Shown here: piece by piece, positions 40,466-53,441 of the stretch
Numbering within the stretch: the stretch's first letter is position 1
How the letters are laid out: each line of letters opens with the position of its first letter
Source of the DNA: an uncultured Rickettsiales bacterium
GTDB taxonomy: Bacteria > Myxococcota_A > UBA796 > UBA9615
DNA: 64,000 bases
Reading direction: 5' to 3'
Assembly (NCBI GenBank): GCA_964490445.1
Contig: CAZBDA010000017.1
Location: 148-64,147, forward strand
Position numbers and translations under genes: made by a program
Notes under the pieces: model-generated
Database searches by the model: none
Told to the model about the DNA's origin: nothing
What the model saw: only the letters and a program-made list of their open reading frames with translations

Positions 40466-41518
40466 GTGAGAATCTATCCTGAGTCCGTGCGACCCTCTCA
40501 ACGCCGGACTCCCAGTCGCCTCAGCAGCCTCGCGGTGCTCGCATCCCTACTCCTGCACGTACCGGTGGCCATGTGGTTCCTGAACTCGACCTACTGGTCC
40601 GAAGAGATCCCGCCGCTGGAACCGATGCGGGTCCAGTTGCTCAGCATTGCTGCCAGCGAAGCCGAGCCCGAAGAGGAGCCCGAAGAGCCCGAAGCCGCGA
40701 CACCCGACGGCCAGATCGTCGAGATCGCTCCCCCCGTAGACCAGCGGCAACCCGAAAAAGCGGACTACCTCGCCGAGTACGACAGCACCGTGCCGGAGGA
40801 AAGCGTCGACCGCCGCTACCGACTCGATCGCACCGTCACGGCTCCGAGCTACAGTTCGGACGACGCGTTCGAGCTCCAGGAGCAGGTTGAGGCCAGCCCA
40901 AGCCAACTTCCCACCAGCGGCGCCACTGCTGGACGCCAGATCTACCGGAACGGGAACTACTCCTTGTTCCCCGATCGGCAGAGTCCCTTCGACTTCAGCA
41001 GCAAGAAAGGCCTCGACACTCCGACAACGGCCAGCCACGGTGCAACGCAGCTGTCAGGCTCGCCGAGCAACGACCACCTTCCCAACGTCGCCTCCGCAGA
41101 CCGCACGGCACTCAATGCGCACGAGTTCCTGTACGCATCCTTCTGGAACCGCGTAAAACAGCTGGTGTCCTTCTACGCTGACCAGACCCTGGCCAACGCC
41201 CGGCCTCGCGTAGCGCTACGCAGTCCTCGCTACGAGATGGTGCTCTCCGGTGCGATCGCGACGGACGGACGGCTGCTGACCATCGAAATCGACAAATCTA
41301 GTGGTGTTCCTGAATGGGACAATGCGGTAAAGGAGGCCTTCCGGCTCGCTGCACCGTTTCCCGACCCTCCCGAGGGGGCCGCAGATCCGGGAACGGGCTA
41401 TATACCGATTCGCCGATTCGGCTTCACAATCATTCTCGGAGGCGCCCGCGCCGAGATGTCGGGAATTGATCCCAGGCAGGGGATCGAGTTCCCGGGCCTG
41501 CAGACCCTGCCGCGCTGA
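40466..41518 (+). CDS. TonB-family energy transducer-like protein
   Basis: N-terminal TM, a Pro/Glu-rich spacer ([16 protein letters not shown]) and a C-terminal TonB_C-like domain ([21 protein letters not shown]...[16 protein letters not shown]). Confidence 0.65.
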   Translation: MRIYPESVRPSQRRTPSRLSSLAVLASLLLHVPVAMWFLNSTYWSEEIPPLEPMRVQLLSIAASEAEPEEEPEEPEAATPDGQIVEIAPPVDQRQPEKADYLAEYDSTVPEESVDRRYRLDRTVTAPSYSSDDAFELQEQVEASPSQLPTSGATAGRQIYRNGNYSLFPDRQSPFDFSSKKGLDTPTTASHGATQLSGSPSNDHLPNVASADRTALNAHEFLYASFWNRVKQLVSFYADQTLANARPRVALRSPRYEMVLSGAIATDGRLLTIEIDKSSGVPEWDNAVKEAFRLAAPFPDPPEGAADPGTGYIPIRRFGFTIILGGARAEMSGIDPRQGIEFPGLQTLPR

Positions 41519-41591
41519 GCCGCCTGTGATAAACACTCAATCCGAAGCCAGTGGACGCGACTCCTCCCCCCTCCCGAACCCGGCGCCGCCG

Positions 41592-44471
<2,880 letters not shown>

Positions 44472-44478
44472 GTCGCGG

Positions 44479-44898
44479 CTAGTCGACCAGGTCTTCGTAG
44501 TCGTCGGCCTCGAGGAGGTCGTTGACCTCGCTCTTCTCGGAGATCTTGATACGAGCAATCCAACCCTCGTTGTATGGATCGCTATTGACCAGTTCCGGTG
44601 CCTCGAGCAAGTCGGCGTTCACCTCGACCAGCTTGCCGCTGAGAGGTGCGAAAATGTCGGAAGTAGCCTTCACGGACTCGATCACGCCAACAGCGTCACC
44701 CTTTTCGAGGTTGGCACCAATATCCGGGAAGTCGCCCAGGTAGACCACATCGCCCAGTTGGTCCTGGGCGTGATGACTGATGCCTATGGTTGCAATGCCA
44801 TCGGCAATCGCAACCCACTCGTGGTCATGGGAATACAGCAGGTTTTCGGGAATCTCGGACATCAACAGGGCCCTCAAGTCTATGAGCGAAGCGCTCAC
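44479..44898 (-). CDS. gcvH: glycine cleavage system H protein
   Basis: Lipoyl-Lys context ESVKATSDIFAPLSG and the NSDPYNEGWI motif. Confidence 0.92.
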   Translation of the reverse strand: MSASLIDLRALLMSEIPENLLYSHDHEWVAIADGIATIGISHHAQDQLGDVVYLGDFPDIGANLEKGDAVGVIESVKATSDIFAPLSGKLVEVNADLLEAPELVNSDPYNEGWIARIKISEKSEVNDLLEADDYEDLVD

Positions 44899-46010
44899 TG
44901 CTCCTTCTTGTAGAACGGGGTCTTGATCACCTCAGCAGCAAGACGTCGACCGCGAATCTCCACCTCGAAAGTGGTCCCGGACTTGGTCCTACCTGAAGGG
45001 AGGTAGCACAGCCCGATGCCCGTGCCAAGAGAGGGGCTCATTGCGCCGGATGTGACTTCCCCGATGACTTCCCCGTCGACAAGCACCGGATAGCCATGGC
45101 GTGGGACACCACGCTCGCACAACTGAAAGCCTATCAGCCGACGCGGCACGCCCTCTTCCTTCTGCCTTTGCAGACTCTCCCGACCAATAAACTCACCCTT
45201 GTCGAGCTTGGTGATCCAACCGAGTCGAGCCTCGAGCGGGGTGGTCTCCGTAGTGATGTCGTTTCCGTACAGGCAGTACTTCATTTCCAAGCGCAACGTA
45301 TCGCGGGCGCCCAGACCGACCGGCACAAGACCCTCGGGAGCACCCTCTGCCAGGACATTCGCCCACAAGTCGGGCGCACTCGACGGCGGGATGAACAGCT
45401 CGAAACCGTCTTCGCCGGTATAGCCAGTGCGGGCGATGATGCACTGCACGCCTCCGAGAAGCCCTTCGGTGAAGCGGTAGGTCTTCACCATCGAGAGATC
45501 GACATCGGTCAAGCGTTGCAGAATCTCTGCGGCACGTGGGCCCTGGACCGCCAGCTGCGCGTAGTCATCCGAAGCATTGACGAGCGCACAGTTGTCAGCT
45601 GCCGAGTGATTCTCGCGGAACCAGGCCCAGTCCTCGTCGAGACGACCCGCATTGACACAGACCAGGTAGCGGTCTTCGCCGCGGCGATAGACCAACAGGT
45701 CATCAACAATGCCGCCGCTAGGCAGAAGGGCCAGGTTGTACTGCGCCTGCCCCACTTCGATCACCGAGATGTCGTTGCTGGTCATCTTTTGCAGGAAGGC
45801 CTCGGCTCCGGGTCCATCGACCAGGAACTCGCCCATGTGGCTGACGTCGAACAGTCCGGCCTGCTCCCGCACCGCGCGGTGCTCCGCCATGATCCCGCTG
45901 TACTGGACGGGCATCTCCCAACCGGCAAAGGGGACAAGCCGCCCGCCAGAATCGCGATGCACCTCGAACAAAGGGGTGCGACGCAGTTTTCCAGGGTCCG
46001 CTGTAGTCAT
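44895..46010 (-). CDS. gcvT: glycine cleavage system aminomethyltransferase T
   Basis: RTPLFEVHRDSGGRLVPFAGWEMPVQYSGIMAEHRAVREQAGLFDVSHMGEF. ATGA overlap with gcvH. Confidence 0.92.
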   Translation of the reverse strand: MTTADPGKLRRTPLFEVHRDSGGRLVPFAGWEMPVQYSGIMAEHRAVREQAGLFDVSHMGEFLVDGPGAEAFLQKMTSNDISVIEVGQAQYNLALLPSGGIVDDLLVYRRGEDRYLVCVNAGRLDEDWAWFRENHSAADNCALVNASDDYAQLAVQGPRAAEILQRLTDVDLSMVKTYRFTEGLLGGVQCIIARTGYTGEDGFELFIPPSSAPDLWANVLAEGAPEGLVPVGLGARDTLRLEMKYCLYGNDITTETTPLEARLGWITKLDKGEFIGRESLQRQKEEGVPRRLIGFQLCERGVPRHGYPVLVDGEVIGEVTSGAMSPSLGTGIGLCYLPSGRTKSGTTFEVEIRGRRLAAEVIKTPFYKKEQ

Positions 46011-46050
46011 CGTCCTCTCTCCCACCTTTGCCCCGGACAGCTGCCCGGAC

Positions 46051-46923
46051 TCAAGCCTTGGCCTTCGCGAGGGCCGCATCCAAGGTGTTGCGCATCAACA
46101 TACTGATGGTCATCGGGCCCACACCGCCGGGCACTGGCGTGATGGCCGCCGCCCTTTGCGCTGCTGCCTCGAATTCCACGTCTCCGACCAGCCTGCCGCG
46201 TTTGCCCTCTTCCTCGGGCGGTAGACGATTGATGCCAACGTCAATGACCACAGCTCCCTCTCGAACCCACGCGCCGGGAACAAAGCCGGGCCGCCCGACG
46301 GCAACCACCAGGATCTCGGCCTCTTCCACCGCAGCCTGCAGGTCTTCGCGCCGGGTGCGCGAGTGCACGACTCGGACGGTGGCGTTGGCATGAATGAGCA
46401 ACAATGCGACGGGCAGACCCACGATGGCAGAGCGCCCGACCACCGTGACCCGCTTGCCCGACGGGTCGACCCCGCTCTCTTCGAGCAGCGCCATGATCCC
46501 GCGAGGAGTACAGGAAACGAACCGGGGCCTCTTTAGCGCCAGCAGACCGACGTTGTCAGGATGGAAGCCATCGACGTCCTTGCGCGGATCGATTGCACTG
46601 AGCACCTGCGACGAATCCAGGCCATCGGGCAGAGGCATCTGCACCAGGATGCCGTGCACGTCGTCATCAGCGTTGAGTCCAGCCACCAGGTCGAGGAGCT
46701 CCTGCTGGCTGGTAGAAGCGGCCAGGGGATGATGACGGGAATCAAAACCCAACCGCTCGCATGCCCGGCCCTTGCTACGGATGTAGACGGCGGACGCTGG
46801 ATCGTCGCCGACCAGGACCGTCGCCAGACAGGGACGGAATCCATGGCGCTGCAGGAACTGTGCGCTCTCGACCTGCAGGTCAGCCTGGATACGGCCAGCG
46901 AGGCCCTTGCCATCGAGGATCAT
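46051..46923 (-). CDS. folD: bifunctional methylenetetrahydrofolate dehydrogenase/cyclohydrolase
   Basis: MILDGKGLAG...YIRSKGRACERLGF...DVDGFHPDNVG is the FolD pattern. Confidence 0.9.
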   Translation of the reverse strand: MILDGKGLAGRIQADLQVESAQFLQRHGFRPCLATVLVGDDPASAVYIRSKGRACERLGFDSRHHPLAASTSQQELLDLVAGLNADDDVHGILVQMPLPDGLDSSQVLSAIDPRKDVDGFHPDNVGLLALKRPRFVSCTPRGIMALLEESGVDPSGKRVTVVGRSAIVGLPVALLLIHANATVRVVHSRTRREDLQAAVEEAEILVVAVGRPGFVPGAWVREGAVVIDVGINRLPPEEEGKRGRLVGDVEFEAAAQRAAAITPVPGGVGPMTISMLMRNTLDAALAKAKA

Positions 46924-47240
46924 TCGTCCCCCTTGCTACTACTCGAGGTCGAGTCGCCACCATCGCCCGAACCGGAAGAAGAAGAGGAGTCCGCAGAGGA
47001 GCCGTCGCTCGAAGACGAACTGGAAGGCTCAGATGCAGTAGATGATCCCGGAGCGCGATTGTCCTGGCCTGAATAAGCGTCGGAATACCAACCGCCACCC
47101 TTGAGGTGGAACGCAGACAACGAGATCTTCTTGTCGACAGCACCACCGCAGGCAGGGCACGACGGCGCCGCATCGGCAAGTCCGACGATCTTCTCGAACT
47201 CATCACCGCAGGCGCTGCAGACGTACTCGTAGATGGGCAT
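46920..47240 (-). CDS. FmdB-family zinc-ribbon protein with a Ser-rich acidic tail
   Basis: MPIYEYVCSACGDEFE...CPACGG. ATGA overlap with the folD start. Confidence 0.75.
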   Translation of the reverse strand: MPIYEYVCSACGDEFEKIVGLADAAPSCPACGGAVDKKISLSAFHLKGGGWYSDAYSGQDNRAPGSSTASEPSSSSSSDGSSADSSSSSGSGDGGDSTSSSSKGDE

Positions 47241-47369
47241 CGTGCTCTCCCGAGAACGCTACATATCGGGGACGACCACCTCAGGTCAACAGCGTCTTTG
47301 ATCATCGTCGCCTTCGCGGTCGCGAACTACGCTCTGCCAGGACAGGTGCTTGCTGTATAAGAGCCCTCC

Positions 47370-48359
47370 GTGAGACCCAATCAAAGCCAGCCACAGCCTG
47401 CTGTTCCACTGCTCGACCGGCGCGTATTGTTCGTCGTCGGCAAGGGCGGGGTCGGCAAGTCCGTTGTTGTGGCTTCCCTCGCTCTGCTCGCGGCCTCCCG
47501 GGGGCAACGAGTCTGCATCGCCGAGATGAACGGCTGTGAGAGCATGTCTGCTCTGCTGGGCTGCCCGCCAGTGGGCTACGCGGCAACACCCATTGCAGAC
47601 AACATCGACGCGATCTCGATCACACCAGAGCAGGCAACTGAGGAGTACCTGGTTCGCGCGCTGCGCTTCCGCAAGCTGTACGAGTTGGTATTCCGCAACC
47701 GCTACATCGAGCCGTTCATGAACGGCATCCTGGGGCTCAGTGACTTAACCTCAGTGGGCAAGGTCATGGACCTTGAGTGGCTGCGCGAGGATGGCGGCTT
47801 TGGACCCGAAGCAAAAGGTCCCTGGCGCTATGACCTGGTGCTCGTGGACTGCCCATCGACAGGTCACGGGCTCGCCCTCCTGCAGGCCCCTCAGACCATG
47901 ATGGACGTAACCGGTGCAGGCCCCCTCTACAACAACTCTGCGATGATCCACGAGTTGCTCTCGGACGCCAGCAAGACCGCTGTCCTGCTGGTGACCCTGG
48001 CGGAAGAGATGCCAGTCACCGAGACCCTCGAATCGGTAGCGACCTTGCGGGAACAGCTCAGCGTGTCGCTCGCCGGCGTAGTCATGAACGCCGTGCCGCC
48101 CGGGCTGGCGCCAACCGCTGACCTCGAAAGCTGGTGGCCGGAAGTTGCCGAACAGGGCAGGAGTCTGGGCGGACATGCCGCAGCGGCGGTCGCCCATGGA
48201 GAGGAAATTCTCCAACTACGGCGCGAAGCCAGGGTCTACAGCGATAGGATCCGCTCCCAGAGCCGACTACCGGTACTCGAACTGCCGCTGCTCGACAGTG
48301 AAATCAACGTCGACAGTCTCGCTGAGCTCGCCACCCAGTTGGGACAGTGGCAGACATGA
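47370..48359 (+). CDS. ArsA/Get3-family P-loop ATPase (half-size), first of a tandem pair
   Basis: Deviant Walker A VVGKGGVGKS. DTPPTG-like CPSTGHGLALL. Confidence 0.75.
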   Translation: MRPNQSQPQPAVPLLDRRVLFVVGKGGVGKSVVVASLALLAASRGQRVCIAEMNGCESMSALLGCPPVGYAATPIADNIDAISITPEQATEEYLVRALRFRKLYELVFRNRYIEPFMNGILGLSDLTSVGKVMDLEWLREDGGFGPEAKGPWRYDLVLVDCPSTGHGLALLQAPQTMMDVTGAGPLYNNSAMIHELLSDASKTAVLLVTLAEEMPVTETLESVATLREQLSVSLAGVVMNAVPPGLAPTADLESWWPEVAEQGRSLGGHAAAAVAHGEEILQLRREARVYSDRIRSQSRLPVLELPLLDSEINVDSLAELATQLGQWQT

Positions 48360-49528
48360 GCAACCGGTCCGGCGTCAACGGTCTCCAGGATCTCCTGCGA
48401 CAACGCAAGGTCATCGTCGTCTGCGGCACGGGGGGCGTCGGCAAGACCACTGTCTCGGCATCATTGGCCCTGTCCGCAGCGCGGCAGGGCCTCCGCGTCC
48501 TGGTCATGACCATCGATCCCGCCCGCCGGCTGGCCAGCGCCCTGGGAATCGACGAACTACTCAACCAGGCGAGTCCAATCGACACCTCCAGCATTCCAGG
48601 CGGCGACTGGAAGCTGCCTGAGGGAGCCACCCTGGATGCGATGATGCTGGATGCGAAGTCCACCTGGGACGAGGTGGTACATCGCTTCGCACCGAACATC
48701 GAGACCCGAGAACGCATCCTCGCCAACCGCTACTACCAGCGCGCCACGGGCTCCCTGGCCGGCTCCCAGGAATACATGGCGATGGAGAAGCTCCTCGAAG
48801 TGGTGCGCAGTGAGCACTACGACCTGGTGGTACTGGACACGCCACCAACCCGCAACGCATTGGCCTTCCTGCGGGCACCCGAGCGCATGATGTCCATTCT
48901 GCAGGACAGCATCGTCAAGTGGATTGCCCCCAGCAATGGCCGGTTCTCGGCAGCACGGGCCGGCGCCATGTTGTTCGGGGTGGGCAAGCAGACCATGTTC
49001 TCGATGTTCGAACGCTTCATCGGCTCCGACGTCCTCAGCGGCATCTCCGAGTTCATCAGCTCCTTCTCCGGCCTGATCGATGGCATGCGCTCTCGTGCCG
49101 GCGAGGTGATGACCTTGCTCAGGAGCGAAGACGCCGCCTTTGTCCTGGTCGCTTCGCCCAGTAGCGTGGCCTTGTCGGAAGCTCTGTATTTCCACGACCA
49201 GCTCGCCAACTACGACATTGCCGTCCATGGGATCATCGTCAATCGCACCCGACGCGAAGTCGACGCAGATGGGTCCTCGCTCCCGGAGACTGCCTGGAAG
49301 GCAGGCTTCACGCCCTCGACTGGACAGGGACGCGACCCACTGATCGACTCTCTGTGGAATCGCTACCTCGCGGAACGCGAGCTGGCGCAACTCGATGACC
49401 GCAGCATCGCCGAGCTGCGCAGCCACTGCGGACAGGATCTACCCTTCGCGAGAATCCCTCGTCTGCAGGGAGAAGTGCACGACCTCGAAGCTCTCGCCCA
49501 GGTCGCGAGGTTGCTCAGTTCGAACTGA
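48347..49528 (+). CDS. ArsA/Get3-family P-loop ATPase, second of a tandem pair
   Basis: VVCGTGGVGKTTVSASLA and DTPPTRNALAFLRAPE. 13-nt overlap with the upstream paralog. Confidence 0.8.
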   Translation: MADMSNRSGVNGLQDLLRQRKVIVVCGTGGVGKTTVSASLALSAARQGLRVLVMTIDPARRLASALGIDELLNQASPIDTSSIPGGDWKLPEGATLDAMMLDAKSTWDEVVHRFAPNIETRERILANRYYQRATGSLAGSQEYMAMEKLLEVVRSEHYDLVVLDTPPTRNALAFLRAPERMMSILQDSIVKWIAPSNGRFSAARAGAMLFGVGKQTMFSMFERFIGSDVLSGISEFISSFSGLIDGMRSRAGEVMTLLRSEDAAFVLVASPSSVALSEALYFHDQLANYDIAVHGIIVNRTRREVDADGSSLPETAWKAGFTPSTGQGRDPLIDSLWNRYLAERELAQLDDRSIAELRSHCGQDLPFARIPRLQGEVHDLEALAQVARLLSSN

Positions 49529-51677
49529 GCGGCAGCAGCGGCGATGGCTTGCCGACGCAGGTCACCCACAACTGGTGAGCAGCCCGAGTCGCACCCACGT
49601 GCAGGAGCCTTCGCCCCGCATCCGTTCGCGGCCAACTCGTCTCACTGACATCCAACAACACGACGTAATCAAACTCGAGCCCCTTCGCCTGGACCACATC
49701 GGTCACCTCGAAGCCAGGCTCAAAGGAGAACTCCTGGTCGCGGATGCGCTCCAGCCGCGGCAGGTCGGCGCGGCTGAGGCCCTGCCAGTACAGGTCAGCG
49801 GTCTCGGGCGTTCGACCGAGCAGAGCGACGTTGGCTTCAGGCTCGCTGTCCGCCACCGTGCGCAGAGCGTCGGCCAGGAAGGCGATGCACTCACCGTGAT
49901 CCTGGAACGTGAAGAGTTCGACCTCGGCACCGTCTCGACTCACCTCCGGCTCGTCGTCCTCGGCGAGTTCGCCCAGGACCCGACGAGAGAACTCGACGAT
50001 CGGACGGGTCGATCGGTAGGCAACGTTCAAGGTGTTGACGGATGTTCCCTTGACGCCGAGATGGCCGAAGAACTCCTCCCAGTTGGTGAAGCCGGCCTCC
50101 TGGAGTACGTGCTGCTGGGTGTCCCCCGCCAGCGTCATGGAGCGGCGTTGGTCGAGGCAATCCATCAACACACGCACTTCGAGGGGCGAGAGATCCTGGA
50201 CCTCGTCGACGACGATGTGCCGGTAGCGAAGCGGGCGACCACGCTGCGAACCCGCGGGGAGAGCACCAACCCGAAGCTGGTAGAGGCGAAGCAACAAAGG
50301 GTCGTCTTCAGCATCCAGAAACAGGTCGGATGGCTTGCTGGAGACTCCGTCAGCATCCGCCTCGACTTCGCGCTCCTCGGGCTCGAGATAGTCGACCAGT
50401 TGGCCTACCTGCAGCGCCGTCCAACGAAGCACCCGCTGCAGTTGTGCCTCGCTGAAGGCGCCGGGCGCCCAGCGCTGCATTCCTTCGCGCAGCAATCGCT
50501 CATCACTCATCACCTGCATCCAGTCCTCGAGCACCTGGCGAGAGGTCGGTGGCGCCGGATGCTCAGCGACGTAGCTGTTGAGGATCGGCAGCAACGCCGG
50601 ATGCAGTTTCAGGCGCGTAACGATGGCTGGGGTCTCGTCGGTATTCTTGCCCGGCAGGAAGGGAAACAGTCGCCTGCGCAACTGCCGAGCCCAGTAGCCG
50701 TAGGTCTTCACCGGGGTCGAGTGGACCCCCAGACCCGGGAGAAGTCGAGAGATGAAGCGGCGAAGAGCATTCCCCCAGACCACCACCAACATGCGATCGG
50801 CTCGGAAATAGCCACGGTCGCTGTAGTTTAGAAAGGCCAGCCGGTGCAGGGCGACAGTCGTCTTGCCAGAGCCTGCCACTCCCCGCACCACCACCAACTC
50901 GGCGCCTGGAGCTGAGATCACCGCAAACTGCTCCGCATCGATCAGCGCCGAGATCTCTGGCAGATGCTTGTCGACGCGGTAGCTCTCGCGCCGCTGCCGC
51001 GAATCAGAGCCCCTGTTTCCTGTCACCAGGCCGCGGACTGCGGCACCTGCACCACCTTCGAGCCGAGGCCCGGAAGTGCCCTGCCCTTGCCAGGCCTGTC
51101 CATCTCGCAGGAACAGCCCCTGGGGTGCCTGGACCCGGTTCAGAACGCCGTCGGTAATCCCCACCACCCGCCGGGCCAGAACCGTACCTTCCACCTCTCG
51201 GCCGCCAATCTCCTCGATGAAGTCGTCTCCTTCGGCGTAGCGGTAGAACAGTGCCGACACCGGGGCATGCCGCCAGTCGACAATTCTCAGCCCGTGGTCG
51301 AGGCGGGTGGCCTTACCGAGAAACACGTCCCGCACCCGGTCGTCCTGGCGCAGCCTCATGTGGGCAAAGTAGGGACTTGCGGGATCGACACCGGCCCCCC
51401 CGAGAGAGGCTCCCTGCTGCATGAGCAGGTTGCCCAGGCGCTCGTACTGGTCGATCAGTCCGGGCCGCTCATCGGTCTGGGCGGTCGGGATCTCATCCCG
51501 CAGCCGCTTCATCTCGGCGACGATGGCATCGTTGTCCAGCTGGGCTTCGGGCGCGACCTGCTTCAAGGCCTCGAGGTTTGCCGTCAGCAGCTGCTCCTCC
51601 TCGACCACGATCGGGTGAGCAGCGCTGCCACGAACCGCCGGCTGCTCAGAGTCCTGTAAGGAGTTCTCGGAAGACAT
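49515..51677 (-). CDS. UvrD/HelD-family SF1 DNA helicase (helicase IV-like)
   Basis: GVAGSGKTTVALHRLAFL, HIVVDEVQDLSPLE, AYRSTRPIVEF, VVQAKGLEFDYVVLLD, LLHVGATRAAHQL. Confidence 0.85.
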   Translation of the reverse strand: MSSENSLQDSEQPAVRGSAAHPIVVEEEQLLTANLEALKQVAPEAQLDNDAIVAEMKRLRDEIPTAQTDERPGLIDQYERLGNLLMQQGASLGGAGVDPASPYFAHMRLRQDDRVRDVFLGKATRLDHGLRIVDWRHAPVSALFYRYAEGDDFIEEIGGREVEGTVLARRVVGITDGVLNRVQAPQGLFLRDGQAWQGQGTSGPRLEGGAGAAVRGLVTGNRGSDSRQRRESYRVDKHLPEISALIDAEQFAVISAPGAELVVVRGVAGSGKTTVALHRLAFLNYSDRGYFRADRMLVVVWGNALRRFISRLLPGLGVHSTPVKTYGYWARQLRRRLFPFLPGKNTDETPAIVTRLKLHPALLPILNSYVAEHPAPPTSRQVLEDWMQVMSDERLLREGMQRWAPGAFSEAQLQRVLRWTALQVGQLVDYLEPEEREVEADADGVSSKPSDLFLDAEDDPLLLRLYQLRVGALPAGSQRGRPLRYRHIVVDEVQDLSPLEVRVLMDCLDQRRSMTLAGDTQQHVLQEAGFTNWEEFFGHLGVKGTSVNTLNVAYRSTRPIVEFSRRVLGELAEDDEPEVSRDGAEVELFTFQDHGECIAFLADALRTVADSEPEANVALLGRTPETADLYWQGLSRADLPRLERIRDQEFSFEPGFEVTDVVQAKGLEFDYVVLLDVSETSWPRTDAGRRLLHVGATRAAHQLWVTCVGKPSPLLPLSSN

Positions 51678-51733
51678 GGCGCAGCAAGGTGCCAGCGCGC
51701 CGCGCCGAGGGCAAGGGACAATCTGGTTTCCGC

Positions 51734-52633
51734 TCAGCTTTCCTCTTGGGTAGGCAACTGTGATCCCTCTGGCTCCTGCCCAGCCAGAAAGCTCGTAATC
51801 GCCGCAGCCAGGCGTTCGGGCTGATCCTGGTGGAGCATGTGACCACTCTCGGGAATGTCGAGCAGGCGGCGGTTCCGCAAGGCACGACGGCGCTGCGGCA
51901 GGTCATCCCAGCGGTACCAGGACTCCGAGCCCGTCACCAACAGCACGGGGCAGGAAATCGCTTCCAGGAAGGGGCGGTAGGTCTCCACCTGGTAGATCTT
52001 CGGGCCCCGGACCCGGTGTTTGGGGTCATGCCGCCAGTGCCAGCTACCGTCCACCTCTCGGGCCAGCCAGCCCGCCAGTTCCAGGGCCCGCTGCTCCGTG
52101 AGCCTCGGCTGACGGACCATGAGTCTCTGCGCGACCTCGTCAAGAGAGACGAACTCGCGCGGCACACGGCGAGGCACCTCCCGCTCTTCCTTGAGCCATC
52201 GGCGCATACGCTCCGGCCCCTCGGCAACAGCCTCGTTGGGAGGTCCCAGGCCCTCGACTACAACCAGGCGCTCCACCTCATCGGGCCAGGAGCCGGTAAA
52301 CAGCAGCGACACCCCACCACCCATGGAGTGTCCGAGCAGGTACAGGCGCCCCTGGCGGACCTCATCAACGACATCCCGAACGTCACGCACGTAGTCGTAA
52401 AAATTGTAGTGTCCCCCGGCAGGCAGCCAGGCCGAGTCACCGTGGCCGCGGAAGTCCATCGCAACGATGTGCAGATCGGCAGGCAGGTGCCGCACCAACG
52501 AACAAAAAGTGCCGGCACAGTCGAGGAAGCCGTGCAGAAGCAACAGCGTATCCCCGGCGCCCGACCACTCGAGAAGTCGGTGTTCGAGGCCCCCGGCAAG
52601 CACGGACCGAGACTGCGGTGCATCGTCTCTCAT
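51734..52633 (-). CDS. alpha/beta-fold hydrolase
   Basis: LLLLHGFLD and the GHSMGG nucleophile elbow. Confidence 0.8.
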   Translation of the reverse strand: MRDDAPQSRSVLAGGLEHRLLEWSGAGDTLLLLHGFLDCAGTFCSLVRHLPADLHIVAMDFRGHGDSAWLPAGGHYNFYDYVRDVRDVVDEVRQGRLYLLGHSMGGGVSLLFTGSWPDEVERLVVVEGLGPPNEAVAEGPERMRRWLKEEREVPRRVPREFVSLDEVAQRLMVRQPRLTEQRALELAGWLAREVDGSWHWRHDPKHRVRGPKIYQVETYRPFLEAISCPVLLVTGSESWYRWDDLPQRRRALRNRRLLDIPESGHMLHQDQPERLAAAITSFLAGQEPEGSQLPTQEES

Positions 52634-52734
52634 TGCCTAAACTTAGATCACCTCACAAGCTCGTTGTACTGGCGGACTTGCCGTGCTACCTGAGTTTTAT
52701 GCTGTGTTTTGATCTGAGTGGCCCCTGGCGAGAG

Positions 52735-53400
52735 ATGTCATTGGCCGTCGTGGATGTCGAGACCACCGGCCTCGACCCGGCCGAATGCCGCGTCATCGAA
52801 GTCGGGATCGTACGCTTCGAGCGTGGCCAGGTAGCCGAGCGCTGGGGCCAACTCATCAATCCCGGCTGCGAAATCCCCGCGAAGGTCACCGAGATCACGG
52901 GCATCACTGCCGAGATGCTCGAGGGAAAACCCAGCTTCCGTGACGTCAAGTGGGAGGTCTACGGGCGTCTCCGAGACCGTGTCATGGTGGCCTACAACGC
53001 CAGCTTCGACCACAGCTTCCTTGCCCGCGAGATGGAACTCGCCGGTCTGACCTTGCCTGATGTTCCCGTGCTCGACCCTCTCGTGTGGGCGCGGCAGCTG
53101 ATGCCCAGGGAGCGAAGCCACCGCCTGGTCCGGGTCGCCGACAAGCTGGGTGTCGACCTCAGCCAGGCACACCGTGCCGAGCACGACGCCGAGGCCACCG
53201 GCAAGATCCTGTTGCGCTTCGCAGACAAGGTCCCCGTCAACCTGGGCACGCTGCTCGACGAGCAGAAGCAGTGGCGGGAAGCCCAGGAAGCCGCATTTGC
53301 AGAGCGCCGAGCCGCTCGCGCTGAAAAGACGAACGCGGCTGCCGCAGCGCGTCCCGAACCCGAGCCGCCGGACACATCCCAGGCCGCGCTGTTCGGCTGA
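52735..53400 (+). CDS. DEDDh 3'-5' exonuclease (DnaQ / DNA pol III epsilon-like)
   Basis: Exo I VVDVETTGL, Exo II AYNASFD, Exo III HRAEHDAEAT. The start is ambiguous (52699 or 52735). Confidence 0.8.
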   Translation: MSLAVVDVETTGLDPAECRVIEVGIVRFERGQVAERWGQLINPGCEIPAKVTEITGITAEMLEGKPSFRDVKWEVYGRLRDRVMVAYNASFDHSFLAREMELAGLTLPDVPVLDPLVWARQLMPRERSHRLVRVADKLGVDLSQAHRAEHDAEATGKILLRFADKVPVNLGTLLDEQKQWREAQEAAFAERRAARAEKTNAAAAARPEPEPPDTSQAALFG

Positions 53401-53441
53401 GGGACTGTGATCCTGCCGGATTCGGGTTAAGGTTCCTCGCC

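Noticed and set aside
47370-49528. An arsenic-resistance (ars) operon.
   Set aside because: Only ArsA-like ATPase halves are present. arsR, arsD, arsB/acr3 and arsC are all absent from the window.
49515-53400. A helicase, hydrolase and exonuclease trio as a candidate phage-defence system.
   Set aside because: The helicase has a HelD/UvrD housekeeping-type N-terminal domain. Its neighbours are on different strands with their own promoters, embedded among ileS and sigma-factor genes. There is no nuclease-ATPase partner resembling Gabija, Hachiman or Nhi.
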